A DNA stretch of 64,000 bases from an uncultured Actinomycetes bacterium (GTDB lineage Bacteria; Actinomycetota; Actinomycetes; Nanopelagicales; Nanopelagicaceae): NCBI GenBank assembly GCA_937864205.1, contig CALMJB010000032.1, positions 129 to 64,128 of the forward strand, read 5' to 3'. Below the pieces are notes generated by a model, which saw only the letters and a list, made by a program, of their open reading frames with translations, did not search any database and had not been told where the DNA came from. Below are positions 12,691-23,026 of the stretch, piece after piece; positions within the stretch are counted from its first letter, which is position 1, and each line of letters opens with the position of its first letter. Position numbers and translations under genes: made by a program.

Positions 12691-13991
12691 CAGGTCAAAC
12701 TTCCTTGAAACAAAGTTGCTGCTACTGGATCAAATGGACAACCACCGTTTTGTAAATGTTGTAAATATTCAGCCCGGAAATATTTCAATGAAGAAATTAT
12801 TGGCGCAGCCGCACCATCGGCGAGCGCACAAAAGGAACGACCGGCAATGTTGTCGCATAGATCTAGCAATTTATCTAAATCAGCTTCGCTGCCTCGACCT
12901 GCTTCCAAATCTGCCAGTGCTTGTACTAGCCACCATGTTCCTTCACGGCATGGTGTGCACTTGCCACATGATTCATGTTTATAAAACTCAGTCCATCGAA
13001 GAACAGCACGAACAATGCAGGTGGTCTCATCAAATATCTGTAACGCTTTTGTGCCAAGCATCGAACCGGCAGCAGCAACTCCTTCATAATCTAATGGAAT
13101 ATCTAAATGTTGATCGGTGAAGATTGGAGTTGATGAACCACCCGGTGTCCAGAATTTCAATTTATGTCCTGCTCTGATTCCACCGGCAATCTCTAATAAT
13201 TCCCGCAAAGTAATACCAAGTGGGGCCTCAATTTGGCCCGGATTCTTAACATGACCGGAAAGTGAATACAAAGTAAAGCCCTTACTTTTTTCTGTACCCA
13301 TTGATGTAAACCATGCCACCCCGTTATCGATAATTGCTGGGACAGAGGCAATTGATTCGACATTGTTAACCACAGTTGGTTTTGCATATAAACCTGCGAT
13401 TGCTGGAAATGGTGGGCGTAATCTTGGTTGACCACGAAATCCTTCTAACGAATCAAGCAATGCAGTTTCTTCACCGCAAATATATGCGCCGGCACCGGCA
13501 TGCAAAGTTAATTCCAAATCAAAACCGCTTCCTAAAATATTTTTTCCTAACAGCTTCGTTTTATATGCATCTTCGATTGCTTGTTGAACTCTGCGTACAA
13601 CATGGACGATTTCTCCGCGAATATAAATAAATGCATGATTTGCCCGAATTGCGTATGAAGCAATGATTATTCCTTCGATTAGCACATGCGGATTTGCCAT
13701 CAAAAGTGGTGTGTCTTTGCATGTGCCAGGTTCTGACTCGTCTGCGTTAACAACTAAATAATGTTCTTTGTTATCTCCTTGTGGAATAAATCCCCATTTG
13801 TTTCCAGTTGGAAATCCTGCTCCACCTCGACCACGCAAACCTGAATCTTTAACTAATTGAATTACTTCATCCGGCTTCATTTTCAAAGCTTTTTCTAACG
13901 CTTTATACCCACCATCTCTTTGGTAGCCAGAGATAGTAAATGAATCAGATTTTTCCCAATTTGAAGTAAGTACTGAAACTAATTTGCTCAT
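12690..13991 (-). CDS. nuoF: NADH-quinone oxidoreductase subunit F
   Basis: GLRGRGGAGFPTG (FMN/NADH site) and ESCGKCTPCREG (N3 cluster). Confidence 0.95.
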   Translation of the reverse strand: MSKLVSVLTSNWEKSDSFTISGYQRDGGYKALEKALKMKPDEVIQLVKDSGLRGRGGAGFPTGNKWGFIPQGDNKEHYLVVNADESEPGTCKDTPLLMANPHVLIEGIIIASYAIRANHAFIYIRGEIVHVVRRVQQAIEDAYKTKLLGKNILGSGFDLELTLHAGAGAYICGEETALLDSLEGFRGQPRLRPPFPAIAGLYAKPTVVNNVESIASVPAIIDNGVAWFTSMGTEKSKGFTLYSLSGHVKNPGQIEAPLGITLRELLEIAGGIRAGHKLKFWTPGGSSTPIFTDQHLDIPLDYEGVAAAGSMLGTKALQIFDETTCIVRAVLRWTEFYKHESCGKCTPCREGTWWLVQALADLEAGRGSEADLDKLLDLCDNIAGRSFCALADGAAAPIISSLKYFRAEYLQHLQNGGCPFDPVAATLFQGSLT

Positions 13992-14632
13992 TAGTTGTTT
14001 CCTGAATTCTTCATCTTTGATAACCCAAGTAATGATGCTTTCCCTGCGCTGATACCTTCATTTGCTAAACCATCTGAGAAACCGGCCAGCACTTCAGAGT
14101 TTTCTTTCCAAGTTCTTAATTTCTTTGGACCACGAGTAGGAGCGGGTGGATTTCCGGTTCTCGCTTTTTCTACAAATTCCTTCGCGCTTTCGACCGTTTG
14201 ATTATCGTAAAACTCCCAATTGACCATCATCACCGGGGCGTAATCACAAGCCGCATTGCATTCAATATGTTCTAAGGAAACTTTTCCATCAGCACTTACG
14301 CCATCATGTTCTGAGCCAATTTGGTCTTTGAGCGCAGAATAAATTGCATCGCCACCCATCACCGCGCATAAAGTATTTGTGCAAATACCGATGTGATATT
14401 CGCCGACCGGTTTACGTTTGTACTGGGTATAAAAACTGGCCACTGCATTAACTTCAGCGGTGGCTAAATCTAATTTTTTTCCAATAAATTCAATGCCTTC
14501 ATCTGTGACGTATCCAAAAATAGATTGCACATAATGTAAAAGTGGCATAACTGCAGATCGCGAACGCGGATACCTCGCGATAATTTGATCCATTTTTGTA
14601 ATTTGTTCCGATGTGAAGTTTGCCGAACTCAT
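13991..14632 (-). CDS. nuoE: NADH-quinone oxidoreductase subunit E
   Basis: 2Fe-2S cysteines in [11 protein letters not shown] and [10 protein letters not shown]. Confidence 0.9.
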   Translation of the reverse strand: MSSANFTSEQITKMDQIIARYPRSRSAVMPLLHYVQSIFGYVTDEGIEFIGKKLDLATAEVNAVASFYTQYKRKPVGEYHIGICTNTLCAVMGGDAIYSALKDQIGSEHDGVSADGKVSLEHIECNAACDYAPVMMVNWEFYDNQTVESAKEFVEKARTGNPPAPTRGPKKLRTWKENSEVLAGFSDGLANEGISAGKASLLGLSKMKNSGNN

Positions 14633-15975
14633 CGATCAACTCCACCCATTACCGGATCAATTGAGGCAACTGCCGCTATTACATCCGCAATTTGTCCGCC
14701 CTCACACATTGCCGCTGTAGATTGCAAATTATTAAAAGATGGATCACGGAAGTGAACTCGATATGGTCTGGTACCGCCATCTGAAACTATGTGTGCGCCT
14801 AATTCACCGCGTGGTGATTCAATCGTTGTGTAAACCTGACCAGCTGGAACTCTGAATCCTTCAGTTACCAATTTAAAGTGATGGATCAACGCTTCCATCG
14901 ATTGCCCCATGATTTCCCGAATATGGGCCAACGAATTTCCCATTCCATCTGCACCAATTGAAAGTTGTGCTGGCCATGCAATTTTCTTATCCGCAACCAT
15001 TACTGGTGCTCCGGATAATTTTTCTAGTCGGTCAACACATTGTTCGATGATTCGCAAAGATTGTTCAAGTTCTTGCATACGAATTAAAAATCTTCCATAC
15101 ACATCACAAGTGTCAGTCGTTGGTACATCAAACTGATAAGTCTCATAACCACAATAAGGTTGAGCTTTTCTTAAATCCCAAGGTAAGCCGGCGGCACGCA
15201 AAACCGGACCAGTTATTCCAAGCGTTGTGCAACCAGCTAGATCTAAATAACCAATTCCAACTGTGCGCTTCATCCAAATTGAGTTACCTATTAACAATTT
15301 CTCGTTGTCTTTGAAGTTTTTGCGAAGTTGCGAAACGGTTTCCCGAATCTTTTCTAATCCGCCTTCCGGTAAATCTTGCGCAACGCCACCAGGGCGCACA
15401 TAAGCCATGTTCATTCGCAATCCCGAGATCATTTCAAAGACATCTAAAACTTTCTCACGCTCGCGGAATGCAAAAATCATTGGTGAAAGTGCGCCAAGTT
15501 CTAATGCGCCAGTTCCTAACGCAACCATGTGTGATGAGATGCGATTGAACTCCATCATTAAAACCCGCAAGATTGTGGCTTTTTCAGGCACATCTGCCGT
15601 AATTCCTAATAATTTTTCTACGCCGAGACAGAAAACCGTTTCATTAAATAATGGCGATAAATAATCCATGCGGGTTACGAATGTAACTCCCTGAGTCCAT
15701 GTACGAAATTCGGTGTTCTTCTCTATGCCAGTGTGTAAATATCCAATTCCACATCTAGTTTCGGTAACTGTTTCACCTTCTAATTCCAATACCAAGCGCA
15801 GCACTCCATGAGTTGAAGGATGTTGCGGTCCCATGTTCACCACAACCCGTTCCTCTTTGGTCGAACCAATTTCAGTAGATAAGGAATCCCAATCTCCGCC
15901 AGTTACTGAATAAACCCGACCTTCTGTGGTCTCTCTAAACGATGCATAAGGATCAAACTCAGTGAAGGTACTCAT
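14629..15975 (-). CDS. nuoD: NADH-quinone oxidoreductase subunit D
   Basis: [14 protein letters not shown] near N-terminus; C-terminal DPVMGGVDR. Confidence 0.95.
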   Translation of the reverse strand: MSTFTEFDPYASFRETTEGRVYSVTGGDWDSLSTEIGSTKEERVVVNMGPQHPSTHGVLRLVLELEGETVTETRCGIGYLHTGIEKNTEFRTWTQGVTFVTRMDYLSPLFNETVFCLGVEKLLGITADVPEKATILRVLMMEFNRISSHMVALGTGALELGALSPMIFAFREREKVLDVFEMISGLRMNMAYVRPGGVAQDLPEGGLEKIRETVSQLRKNFKDNEKLLIGNSIWMKRTVGIGYLDLAGCTTLGITGPVLRAAGLPWDLRKAQPYCGYETYQFDVPTTDTCDVYGRFLIRMQELEQSLRIIEQCVDRLEKLSGAPVMVADKKIAWPAQLSIGADGMGNSLAHIREIMGQSMEALIHHFKLVTEGFRVPAGQVYTTIESPRGELGAHIVSDGGTRPYRVHFRDPSFNNLQSTAAMCEGGQIADVIAAVASIDPVMGGVDR

Positions 15976-16631
15976 TGATATGCCCTGCGCTGTGAAGGAG
16001 CTGGAATTGTTGCTCCTTTATATTCAATATCAATTCCGCCAAGTGGATAATCTTTTCGTTGCGGATGACCTGGCCAATCATCTGGCATAAGTATTCTGGT
16101 TAAGCCCGGATGACCATCAAAAATTATTCCAAACATGTCAAAACATTCCCGCTCATGCCAATTTGTGCCCGCCCAAATTTCAACTAATGACGGAATGTGT
16201 GGATTTTTATCGGGCACGCAAACTTCTAATCTAATTCTTTGATTCTTTGTGATTGACAGCAATGCATAAACTGCATGTAGTTCCCGATTTGTTTCAGATG
16301 GATAATGAACTCCGCTGACACTAGTGCACATCTCAAATCGCAATTTATCGCGTAAAATTTTTGCAGTATCAACTAGTCGATACGGTTTCACAAACAAAGT
16401 TAATTCACCGCGATCAACCACAACTTTTTCGATGGCATCGCTAAAATCTGGATAAGCTTGTTCAAGTTCATTTGAAATATCATCGAAATAACCACCATAT
16501 GGCTTTTCAGTCGAACCAACCGACACTTGAGTTCTGACTAGGCCGCCATACCCAGAGGTATCTCCACTGCCACTTACACCGAACATGCCACTTTCTTTCT
16601 TTATTTCATTTTTTCCAGATTGTTCGGTCAT
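15972..16631 (-). CDS. nuoC: NADH-quinone oxidoreductase subunit C
   Basis: [18 protein letters not shown] motif; operon position. Confidence 0.9.
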   Translation of the reverse strand: MTEQSGKNEIKKESGMFGVSGSGDTSGYGGLVRTQVSVGSTEKPYGGYFDDISNELEQAYPDFSDAIEKVVVDRGELTLFVKPYRLVDTAKILRDKLRFEMCTSVSGVHYPSETNRELHAVYALLSITKNQRIRLEVCVPDKNPHIPSLVEIWAGTNWHERECFDMFGIIFDGHPGLTRILMPDDWPGHPQRKDYPLGGIDIEYKGATIPAPSQRRAYQ

Positions 16632-17194
16632 GCCAACAAACCTTTCAATTGATGTGTTGGTTTAGCTGCTAACGCAGCTTTCTCTACTTCTTTGACAACT
16701 TTTTCCCGATTCGCCCCAAGTTTCTCGTCACTGATTTGTTCATGTAATTTCAAAATTGCATCCATCAACATCTCTGGCCGTGGCGGACAACCCGGCAAAT
16801 AAATATCAACTGGCACTATGTGATCAACGCCCTGCACAATTGCATAGTTATTGAACATTCCGCCAGATGATGCGCACGCTCCCATCGATAACACCCATTT
16901 TGGCGCTGCCATCTGATCATAAATTTGTCGTAACACCGGAGCCATCTTGTTGCTTACGCGACCGGCAACAATCATCAAATCTGCCTGTCTTGGTGATGCG
17001 CGGAAAACTTCCATGCCAAATCTGGCTAAGTCATATCTGCCAGCACCCGCTGCCATCATTTCAATTGCACAACAAGCTAAACCAAATGTTGCTGGCCACA
17101 GCGAGTTCTTCCGCATATAACCAGCTAATTTCTCAACTGTGGTGAGTAAAAATCCACTCGGAAGTTTTTCTTCTAATCCCACTTTTAATCCCAT
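16628..17194 (-). CDS. nuoB: NADH-quinone oxidoreductase subunit B
   Basis: [10 protein letters not shown] and GCPPRPE (N2 cluster); start trimmed to [12 protein letters not shown] (ATG 17194), preceded by GGTGGA. Confidence 0.93.
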   Translation of the reverse strand: MGLKVGLEEKLPSGFLLTTVEKLAGYMRKNSLWPATFGLACCAIEMMAAGAGRYDLARFGMEVFRASPRQADLMIVAGRVSNKMAPVLRQIYDQMAAPKWVLSMGACASSGGMFNNYAIVQGVDHIVPVDIYLPGCPPRPEMLMDAILKLHEQISDEKLGANREKVVKEVEKAALAAKPTHQLKGLLA

Positions 17195-17544
17195 TCCAAT
17201 CCACCACGACGCCATACATATGTATAAGCGACAAAAACTGTGGCGATAAACAAAATCATCTCTACCAAACCAAATAATCCAAGTTGATCAAAAGTAACTG
17301 CCCATGGATACAAGAAAACTATTTCGATATCAAAAACAATGAACAACATAGCGGTTAAGAAATACTTGACTGGAAAGCGACCGCCACCAGCTGCGCTCGG
17401 AGAAGGTTCTATTCCGCATTCGTAAGCATCAGCCTTTGCACGGTTGTACCTTTTTGGGCCAGTTATGAATGCGATTGCTACTGAGAAAACTGCGAATCCG
17501 AATCCGATTGCTCCGATCGCCAGAATTGGAACATATGGATTCAT
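17185..17544 (-). CDS. nuoA: NADH-quinone oxidoreductase subunit A
   Basis: 119 aa, three TM helices, YECGIEP motif. Confidence 0.9.
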   Translation of the reverse strand: MNPYVPILAIGAIGFGFAVFSVAIAFITGPKRYNRAKADAYECGIEPSPSAAGGGRFPVKYFLTAMLFIVFDIEIVFLYPWAVTFDQLGLFGLVEMILFIATVFVAYTYVWRRGGLEWD

Positions 17545-17555
17545 AGAATCAAATC

Positions 17556-18281
17556 TTAGTTTGCCGAATTCGGCTCAAATACCGAGACAGAGCGGAAGGC
17601 AATGTGAACTGCGACAATTCCAAAGGTTAAATCCTGCCAAGTTACATCGCGCCATCCAGATTTCATCATCAACTTCGCTAATTCGCTTTGATTTGGCCAG
17701 GCTTTAATGCTTTCCGCCAAGTAAACATATGCCGAAGAATCCTTTGAAATTACTCTGCTGATTAATGGCAGTGCCCCTACTAAATATCGAAAATAAATAT
17801 TGCGAAACCATTTTTGATTTGGATGGGAAAATTCAACTAAAACAATCCTGCCATTTGGTTTAGTAACTCTCGATAATTCTTGTAAAGCTTTAGTGGCATT
17901 ATTTGTATTTCGTAATCCAAATGAAATTGTTACCAAATCAAAAGTTTCATTTTCAAATGGCAGATCCAATGCATCTGCTTTCACAAACTTCAGTTTTGGA
18001 TACTTTATTTTTCCAACATCTAACATACCTTGTGAGAAATCGGCTGAAACTACATCAGCGCCAAGTTTACGCAGTGGTTCACTAGATGATCCCGTTCCAG
18101 CAGCTAAATCTAAAATCTTCATTCCAGGTTTAGGAGCAATAATTGAAGTGGTTACTTTGCGCCATCTTTTAGTTTGACCAAAACTTAGTAAGTCGTTAAG
18201 TAGGTCATATTTTTTTGCTACCCGATCAAACATTTGAGATATCTCATTTGGGTTTTTGTTCAGATCTGGGGTCATACGCAT
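17556..18281 (-). CDS. menG: demethylmenaquinone methyltransferase (UbiE/MenG family)
   Basis: FDRVAKKYDLLNDLLSFGQTKRWR plus SAM motif ILDLAAGTG; ends 11 nt upstream of the nuoA start. Confidence 0.88.
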   Translation of the reverse strand: MRMTPDLNKNPNEISQMFDRVAKKYDLLNDLLSFGQTKRWRKVTTSIIAPKPGMKILDLAAGTGSSSEPLRKLGADVVSADFSQGMLDVGKIKYPKLKFVKADALDLPFENETFDLVTISFGLRNTNNATKALQELSRVTKPNGRIVLVEFSHPNQKWFRNIYFRYLVGALPLISRVISKDSSAYVYLAESIKAWPNQSELAKLMMKSGWRDVTWQDLTFGIVAVHIAFRSVSVFEPNSAN

Positions 18282-18355
18282 ATTCTCTTAGCACTAGGCT
18301 TTTCTCACCAATTGAGTTGAATAATTACTATCGGAAAAAGAGAATTAAACGCACC

Positions 18356-19582
18356 GTGAAAATTAACACTGTAGAAATTCCAAGAATCGATAATTTATCT
18401 GCTGTAAGTATTGCAGGTTTGGAAATCAGTGTTACCTGGTTACGTGGTAAAAATGGTCTGATCGGATTTGGAAAAAAAACTAGCACTCAGGTACTTGGAG
18501 TAGAGAGATTTCGCACAGCTCAATCCTGGTGGCAAAAACAATTATCAAACCTTGAGATTAATAATTCGCTTTCCGATTCCGGAACTGGACCAATCGTATT
18601 TGCATCTTTTGGATTCCAACCAGAGAGTAAATCGACGCTAGTTTTGCCAGAAGTAGTTATTGGTCAAAATGAAAAACGGGCTTGGATCACATGGTTTGGT
18701 GATAATCCCGCACCATCAATTAAAAATTATTTACCAACCAACGAAAAGTTAAACCTAAATTGGTTGCCAGGTTCCTTGTCCGAATCTGATTGGCAAAATC
18801 AGATTGATAAAGCAATTGCCCAAATTGCACAAGGTGAGATCGAAAAAGTTGTGATTGCGCGAGATTTAATCGTGAATTCAAGTCGAGCAATAAATATTCA
18901 GAAATTGATTCAAAATCTGGAAACGGAATATCCAAATACCTGGGTTTTTTTAAATGAAGGACTGGTCGGTGCTACACCTGAACTTCTTATTAGGCTTGGT
19001 AATAGTTTGGTTACTTCCAGAGTTTTAGCAGGCACAATTCAAAAATCGGGTTCAGAGGAAAAAGATCTAGCCTTAGCAGCTTCGCTGGCAAAGTCTTCTA
19101 AAGATTTAGAAGAGCATGAATATGCGGTTAATTCGGTTGCCACCGCCTTAGAAAAATTTTGTCTTTCAATGAATGTACCCGAATCACCATTTGTATTACA
19201 TCTTTCAAATGTGATGCATCTAGCCACCGATGTAACCGGCGTTTTAAAAGATGAATTTAAAAATGCAAATATTTTGGATTTAGTTTCACAACTACACCCC
19301 AGCGCAGCGGTTTGCGGGACACCAACTGAGAAAGCAATGCAGGCAATTTCTAATCTAGAAATGATGGACCGGGCTCGTTATGCCGGACCGGTCGGTTGGT
19401 TAAATTCAAAAGGAGAAGGTGAATTTGGAATCGCGCTTCGATGTGGTCAAATAAATGAAAATTTAGATCAAGTGAGATTGTTTGCTGGTTGTGGAATAGT
19501 GGCAGGATCAAATCCAGCGACAGAGTTGTTAGAAAGTCAGGCTAAATTCAAACCGATGCGAACGGCTTTAGAAACACTTTGA
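18356..19582 (+). CDS. menF: isochorismate synthase
   Basis: Chorismate-binding C-terminal motifs ARYAGPVGW, GEFGIALRCG, GCGIVAGSNP. The ORF is open from 18215, but that start would overlap menG divergently; GTG 18356 is preceded by GGAAAAAGAG. Start uncertain. Confidence 0.8.
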   Translation: MKINTVEIPRIDNLSAVSIAGLEISVTWLRGKNGLIGFGKKTSTQVLGVERFRTAQSWWQKQLSNLEINNSLSDSGTGPIVFASFGFQPESKSTLVLPEVVIGQNEKRAWITWFGDNPAPSIKNYLPTNEKLNLNWLPGSLSESDWQNQIDKAIAQIAQGEIEKVVIARDLIVNSSRAINIQKLIQNLETEYPNTWVFLNEGLVGATPELLIRLGNSLVTSRVLAGTIQKSGSEEKDLALAASLAKSSKDLEEHEYAVNSVATALEKFCLSMNVPESPFVLHLSNVMHLATDVTGVLKDEFKNANILDLVSQLHPSAAVCGTPTEKAMQAISNLEMMDRARYAGPVGWLNSKGEGEFGIALRCGQINENLDQVRLFAGCGIVAGSNPATELLESQAKFKPMRTALETL

Positions 19583-21105
19583 GTTAATTGCTTTAGAAAA
19601 TCAGCATTTACACTTCTACTGGGCATCTTTAACAAAACAACCTCAAGCCCACTAACTTCAGTATTTAAGATCTTATTTAAACCCGCTAAATCAGCTACAA
19701 CCGAATGATTAATAGAAAATCCCGATAAAACCTTTGCAATATCAAGATTGTGAGGGGTAGCAAAAAGTTTTTCAAATTCGGAAGTTTTTGATACTGGCAA
19801 TAATGAAAAAATACCCCCGCCATTATTATCAATCACAAAGATGCGGATGTTTGATTTAGCCGGATTAATTAACGCAGATAAGTCATGTAAAAATGTTAAG
19901 TCGCCAACTATTGCAGTAGTTTTTTCAAACTCTTGTGAAATTCCAAAAATGGTTGCCAAGTTGCCATCGATGCCAGACAAACCGCGGTTTGCAAAAACTG
20001 AAATTTGCTGACTTTGGTTTACCACGGCCTCAACATCTCGAGTTGGACGAGAAGCTCCTAGAAACAATGCCGAATCTGCTGGTGTTTTTTTAATAATTTC
20101 ACGAATTGCCAGTTGCTCACCCCAAATAGATTTTTCAAAAGATTTATCGATGAACTCAGTTGCACTTGCTTTGATTATTTCCCATCTTGATTGATCGTAG
20201 TTTTCATCTTTTATTATCTGGTTCGGCAGATGGTTTGCTTTAATATCGGCACTGCGATGATCATTCGCTTGATTCTGATCAAAATAAGCTTGGAATTTGG
20301 CTGAATTCATAAACTTATTTATTGATCTAGATAATGTAGTTCTGCCAATTACAACTGCCCATTCAGGTTTTAAATACTCGGCTATTTTTTCATCTTGTAG
20401 AAACAATGTGGCATGGAAAATAGAATTTGGAAAACTAATTGGATCTTCTGCAATTACTGGCCAATTCAATTTGTCACAAAATTCAGTTACATCATCAACA
20501 GTAAATCCACCTCGATCATGCCCAATCACGACTACACCAGTTGTGACCTTTAATTTCCCCTGATGAGATTCTGTGACATCTGATGTTTCAACTTTTATGC
20601 CATCAAGCCACTTTTGATCTTCATCTTCAATTAATGGTTCATCAAATTGCACATTCAAATGCACTGGCCCTGATTTAAGAATTTTTTGCAAATCAACCAC
20701 ATCTGAAATGTCATGAGACTCGATCACCGAAAACATCCCTGGTTGTATAGTGGTTTGATTTGCGCCAGTTCTGCGAAGTCGAGCTGGACGATCTGCCGTG
20801 ATCAGCAGAAGTTTGGTTCCGCTGTGATAAGCCTCAAGCAGTGCTGGCAGATAATTCGCTGCTGCAGTACCACTTGTGCAAACAGCCGCAACATATTTGC
20901 GGCTTGCTTTTGAGAGTCCCAACGCAAAATATGCTGCACCACGTTCATCTAATCTGGAATGTAGATCAACTAATTGCAATTTTTCAGCGGTATTCAATGC
21001 GACTAACAGTGGAGCGTTTCGAGATCCGGGTGAGATCACAAAATCACTCACTCCTAGTTCAATCAATTGCCGAACCAGATTTTTGGCTAACTTAGTTGAG
21101 TTCAT
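19537..21105 (-). CDS. menD: SEPHCHC synthase (2-succinyl-5-enolpyruvyl-6-hydroxy-3-cyclohexene-1-carboxylate synthase)
   Basis: ThDP motif GDLTFLHD...NNGGGIF; N-terminal SPGSRNAPL. Confidence 0.88.
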   Translation of the reverse strand: MNSTKLAKNLVRQLIELGVSDFVISPGSRNAPLLVALNTAEKLQLVDLHSRLDERGAAYFALGLSKASRKYVAAVCTSGTAAANYLPALLEAYHSGTKLLLITADRPARLRRTGANQTTIQPGMFSVIESHDISDVVDLQKILKSGPVHLNVQFDEPLIEDEDQKWLDGIKVETSDVTESHQGKLKVTTGVVVIGHDRGGFTVDDVTEFCDKLNWPVIAEDPISFPNSIFHATLFLQDEKIAEYLKPEWAVVIGRTTLSRSINKFMNSAKFQAYFDQNQANDHRSADIKANHLPNQIIKDENYDQSRWEIIKASATEFIDKSFEKSIWGEQLAIREIIKKTPADSALFLGASRPTRDVEAVVNQSQQISVFANRGLSGIDGNLATIFGISQEFEKTTAIVGDLTFLHDLSALINPAKSNIRIFVIDNNGGGIFSLLPVSKTSEFEKLFATPHNLDIAKVLSGFSINHSVVADLAGLNKILNTEVSGLEVVLLKMPSRSVNADFLKQLTQSVSKAVRIGLNLA

Positions 21106-22069
21106 TTACGAAATACTCCCATACCTGATCAAACCTGTTCTGCCACCATTGTTTACGTTCGATTGCTGCGGAAAATTTTTCGATATTTAATGTATTTATT
21201 TGATTAAAGCTCATATGCCCATCGATTATCTGTTCAAAGTCATTGGTGATGCGCTCTTGGAAAAATACTGAAGTGCCTAAACCACATGGTCCATATAGAT
21301 TTTCAGTCATTTGCGCGAGCATTAATCCAAACGATAAACCGACTGCAGAATCTAAAGCGCTAGAGATAACTACCGGCAATTTAATTTGGTCAATTAATTT
21401 CAAGGTCGCGGTCAAGCCACCACTAGGTGCCCATTTCATAATTGCTACATCAGCAAATTCAGAGTAATTGATGTTCTCGCTGATTTGATGCAAGGATTTT
21501 CTGATCGACTCATCGATTGCGATTTTTATTGGAAGTTTTTGTTTAATCATTTTTAAATCCGGTAGCGCTAATACTGGCTGTTCGACATAGTCCAAACGAT
21601 CACCCAAAAAATCAAGAAATTTGGGTAGGTTTTCCATTGACTCACTGAAATTCCATCCCCCATTTACATCTAACCTAAATCTAGCTCTTGGTATTAATTT
21701 GATTAGCTCTGCCAACAATCCTTTACTTTCTGTAAAAGATTGAACTTTAAGCTTTACGGTTTCGCATCCTGGAAATTGCGCTAACAAACCAGGTATTTCA
21801 GCAACACTAACTTTTGGAATCGTTACATTTATTGGCACCTTAGATCGAACAAATTTCTTCGAGATTTCGTTCAAATCTAAATTTGCCGCTTCATATGCTG
21901 CCTTCAACCAAGTTACGGATTCGCTTGGGCCATACTCTGTGAAAGGTGAAAATTCGGTCCAACCGTATTTACCTTTAAAGAAAACAATTTCGCGGGTATT
22001 TAATCCTCGAAATTTATATTTAAGTGGAATTTCACAGACAAAAATCTGTGGTTTTTCTAAGACTGACAA
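21092..22069 (-). CDS. menC: o-succinylbenzoate synthase (enolase superfamily)
   Basis: Metal-ligand segments DVNGGW, YVEQP, IAIDES; lies between menB and menD. Confidence 0.8.
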   Translation of the reverse strand: MSVLEKPQIFVCEIPLKYKFRGLNTREIVFFKGKYGWTEFSPFTEYGPSESVTWLKAAYEAANLDLNEISKKFVRSKVPINVTIPKVSVAEIPGLLAQFPGCETVKLKVQSFTESKGLLAELIKLIPRARFRLDVNGGWNFSESMENLPKFLDFLGDRLDYVEQPVLALPDLKMIKQKLPIKIAIDESIRKSLHQISENINYSEFADVAIMKWAPSGGLTATLKLIDQIKLPVVISSALDSAVGLSFGLMLAQMTENLYGPCGLGTSVFFQERITNDFEQIIDGHMSFNQINTLNIEKFSAAIERKQWWQNRFDQVWEYFVNELN

Positions 22070-22072
22070 TTG

Positions 22073-22951
22073 TTAAGGACGTTTCGGAAACTTTCCAAAA
22101 TTTGGTTCGCGTTTTTGTTTGAACGCGTCTCTTCCCTCTTGTCCCTCCTCCGTTAAATAAAATAAAAGTGTGGCATCTCCGGCAAGTTGTTGAACTCCGG
22201 CTAATCCATCGTCGGCGGCATTTAATCCAGCTTTCAAAAGTCGCAGTGCCAATGGCGAGTGACGCAAAATTTCCCGACACCATGAAACTGTCTCGGCTTC
22301 TAGTTCCGAGATTGGCACTACTTTGTTAACTAATCCCATTTCTTGTGCTTCGCTGGCATCATATTGACGACATAAGAACCAGATCTCTCGTGCTTTCTTT
22401 TGACCCACGTGCGCTGCAAGTAATCCAGCACCATACCCACCATCAAAGGAACCAACCATTGGTCCGGTTTGTCCAAATTTCGCGTTGTCAGCGGCAATTG
22501 TTAAATCACAAACAACATGAAGGACATGTCCGCCACCAATAGCCCAACCGGCCACCATTGCAATTACTGGTTTTGGCAATCTTCTAATCTGGATTTGTAA
22601 ATCTAAAACGTTGAGTCGACCAATTCCTTTTTTAGCTAAATTGTCATCACCTAAGTAACCATCGTCTCCTCTGACATTGATATCGCCACCAGAACAAAAA
22701 CTCTCAGTTCCTGCTCCGGTTAGGATGATTACGCCGATTTTTTCATCATCTCGAGCAATTGAAAATGCTTCCTGAAGTTCAAATAAAGTCTGTGGTCGAA
22801 ATGCATTTCTAACTTCTGGTCGGTTAATTGAGATCTTGGCAATACCTTCTGCAGATTCAAAAATTACATCTTGAAATTTCTCTGAGCCAATAACTTTTTG
22901 CCAGGCAGGAATTTTTTTATCCCCCGGTTGTTTTTTTATTGGCTTGCTCAT
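22073..22951 (-). CDS. menB: 1,4-dihydroxy-2-naphthoyl-CoA synthase
   Basis: Crotonase fold with [29 protein letters not shown]. Confidence 0.93.
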   Translation of the reverse strand: MSKPIKKQPGDKKIPAWQKVIGSEKFQDVIFESAEGIAKISINRPEVRNAFRPQTLFELQEAFSIARDDEKIGVIILTGAGTESFCSGGDINVRGDDGYLGDDNLAKKGIGRLNVLDLQIQIRRLPKPVIAMVAGWAIGGGHVLHVVCDLTIAADNAKFGQTGPMVGSFDGGYGAGLLAAHVGQKKAREIWFLCRQYDASEAQEMGLVNKVVPISELEAETVSWCREILRHSPLALRLLKAGLNAADDGLAGVQQLAGDATLLFYLTEEGQEGRDAFKQKREPNFGKFPKRP

Positions 22952-23026
22952 TCTTAAATCTCTTTCGCAGTTATCCTAAAAATTGATTAATAATGTGAAG
23001 TTATTTGTTCGTAGGGATAGCCTACG

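Noticed and set aside
18215-18355. Long 5' extensions of ORF-track genes: menF from 18215, histidine phosphatase to 29550, LMW phosphatase to 63570, nuoB to 17215, ABC ATPase to 59304
   Set aside because: The extensions add non-conserved residues ahead of family N-terminal motifs and would create long divergent or same-strand overlaps. Internal starts have SD, ATGA-coupling or -10 support. Starts remain uncertain without experimental data.
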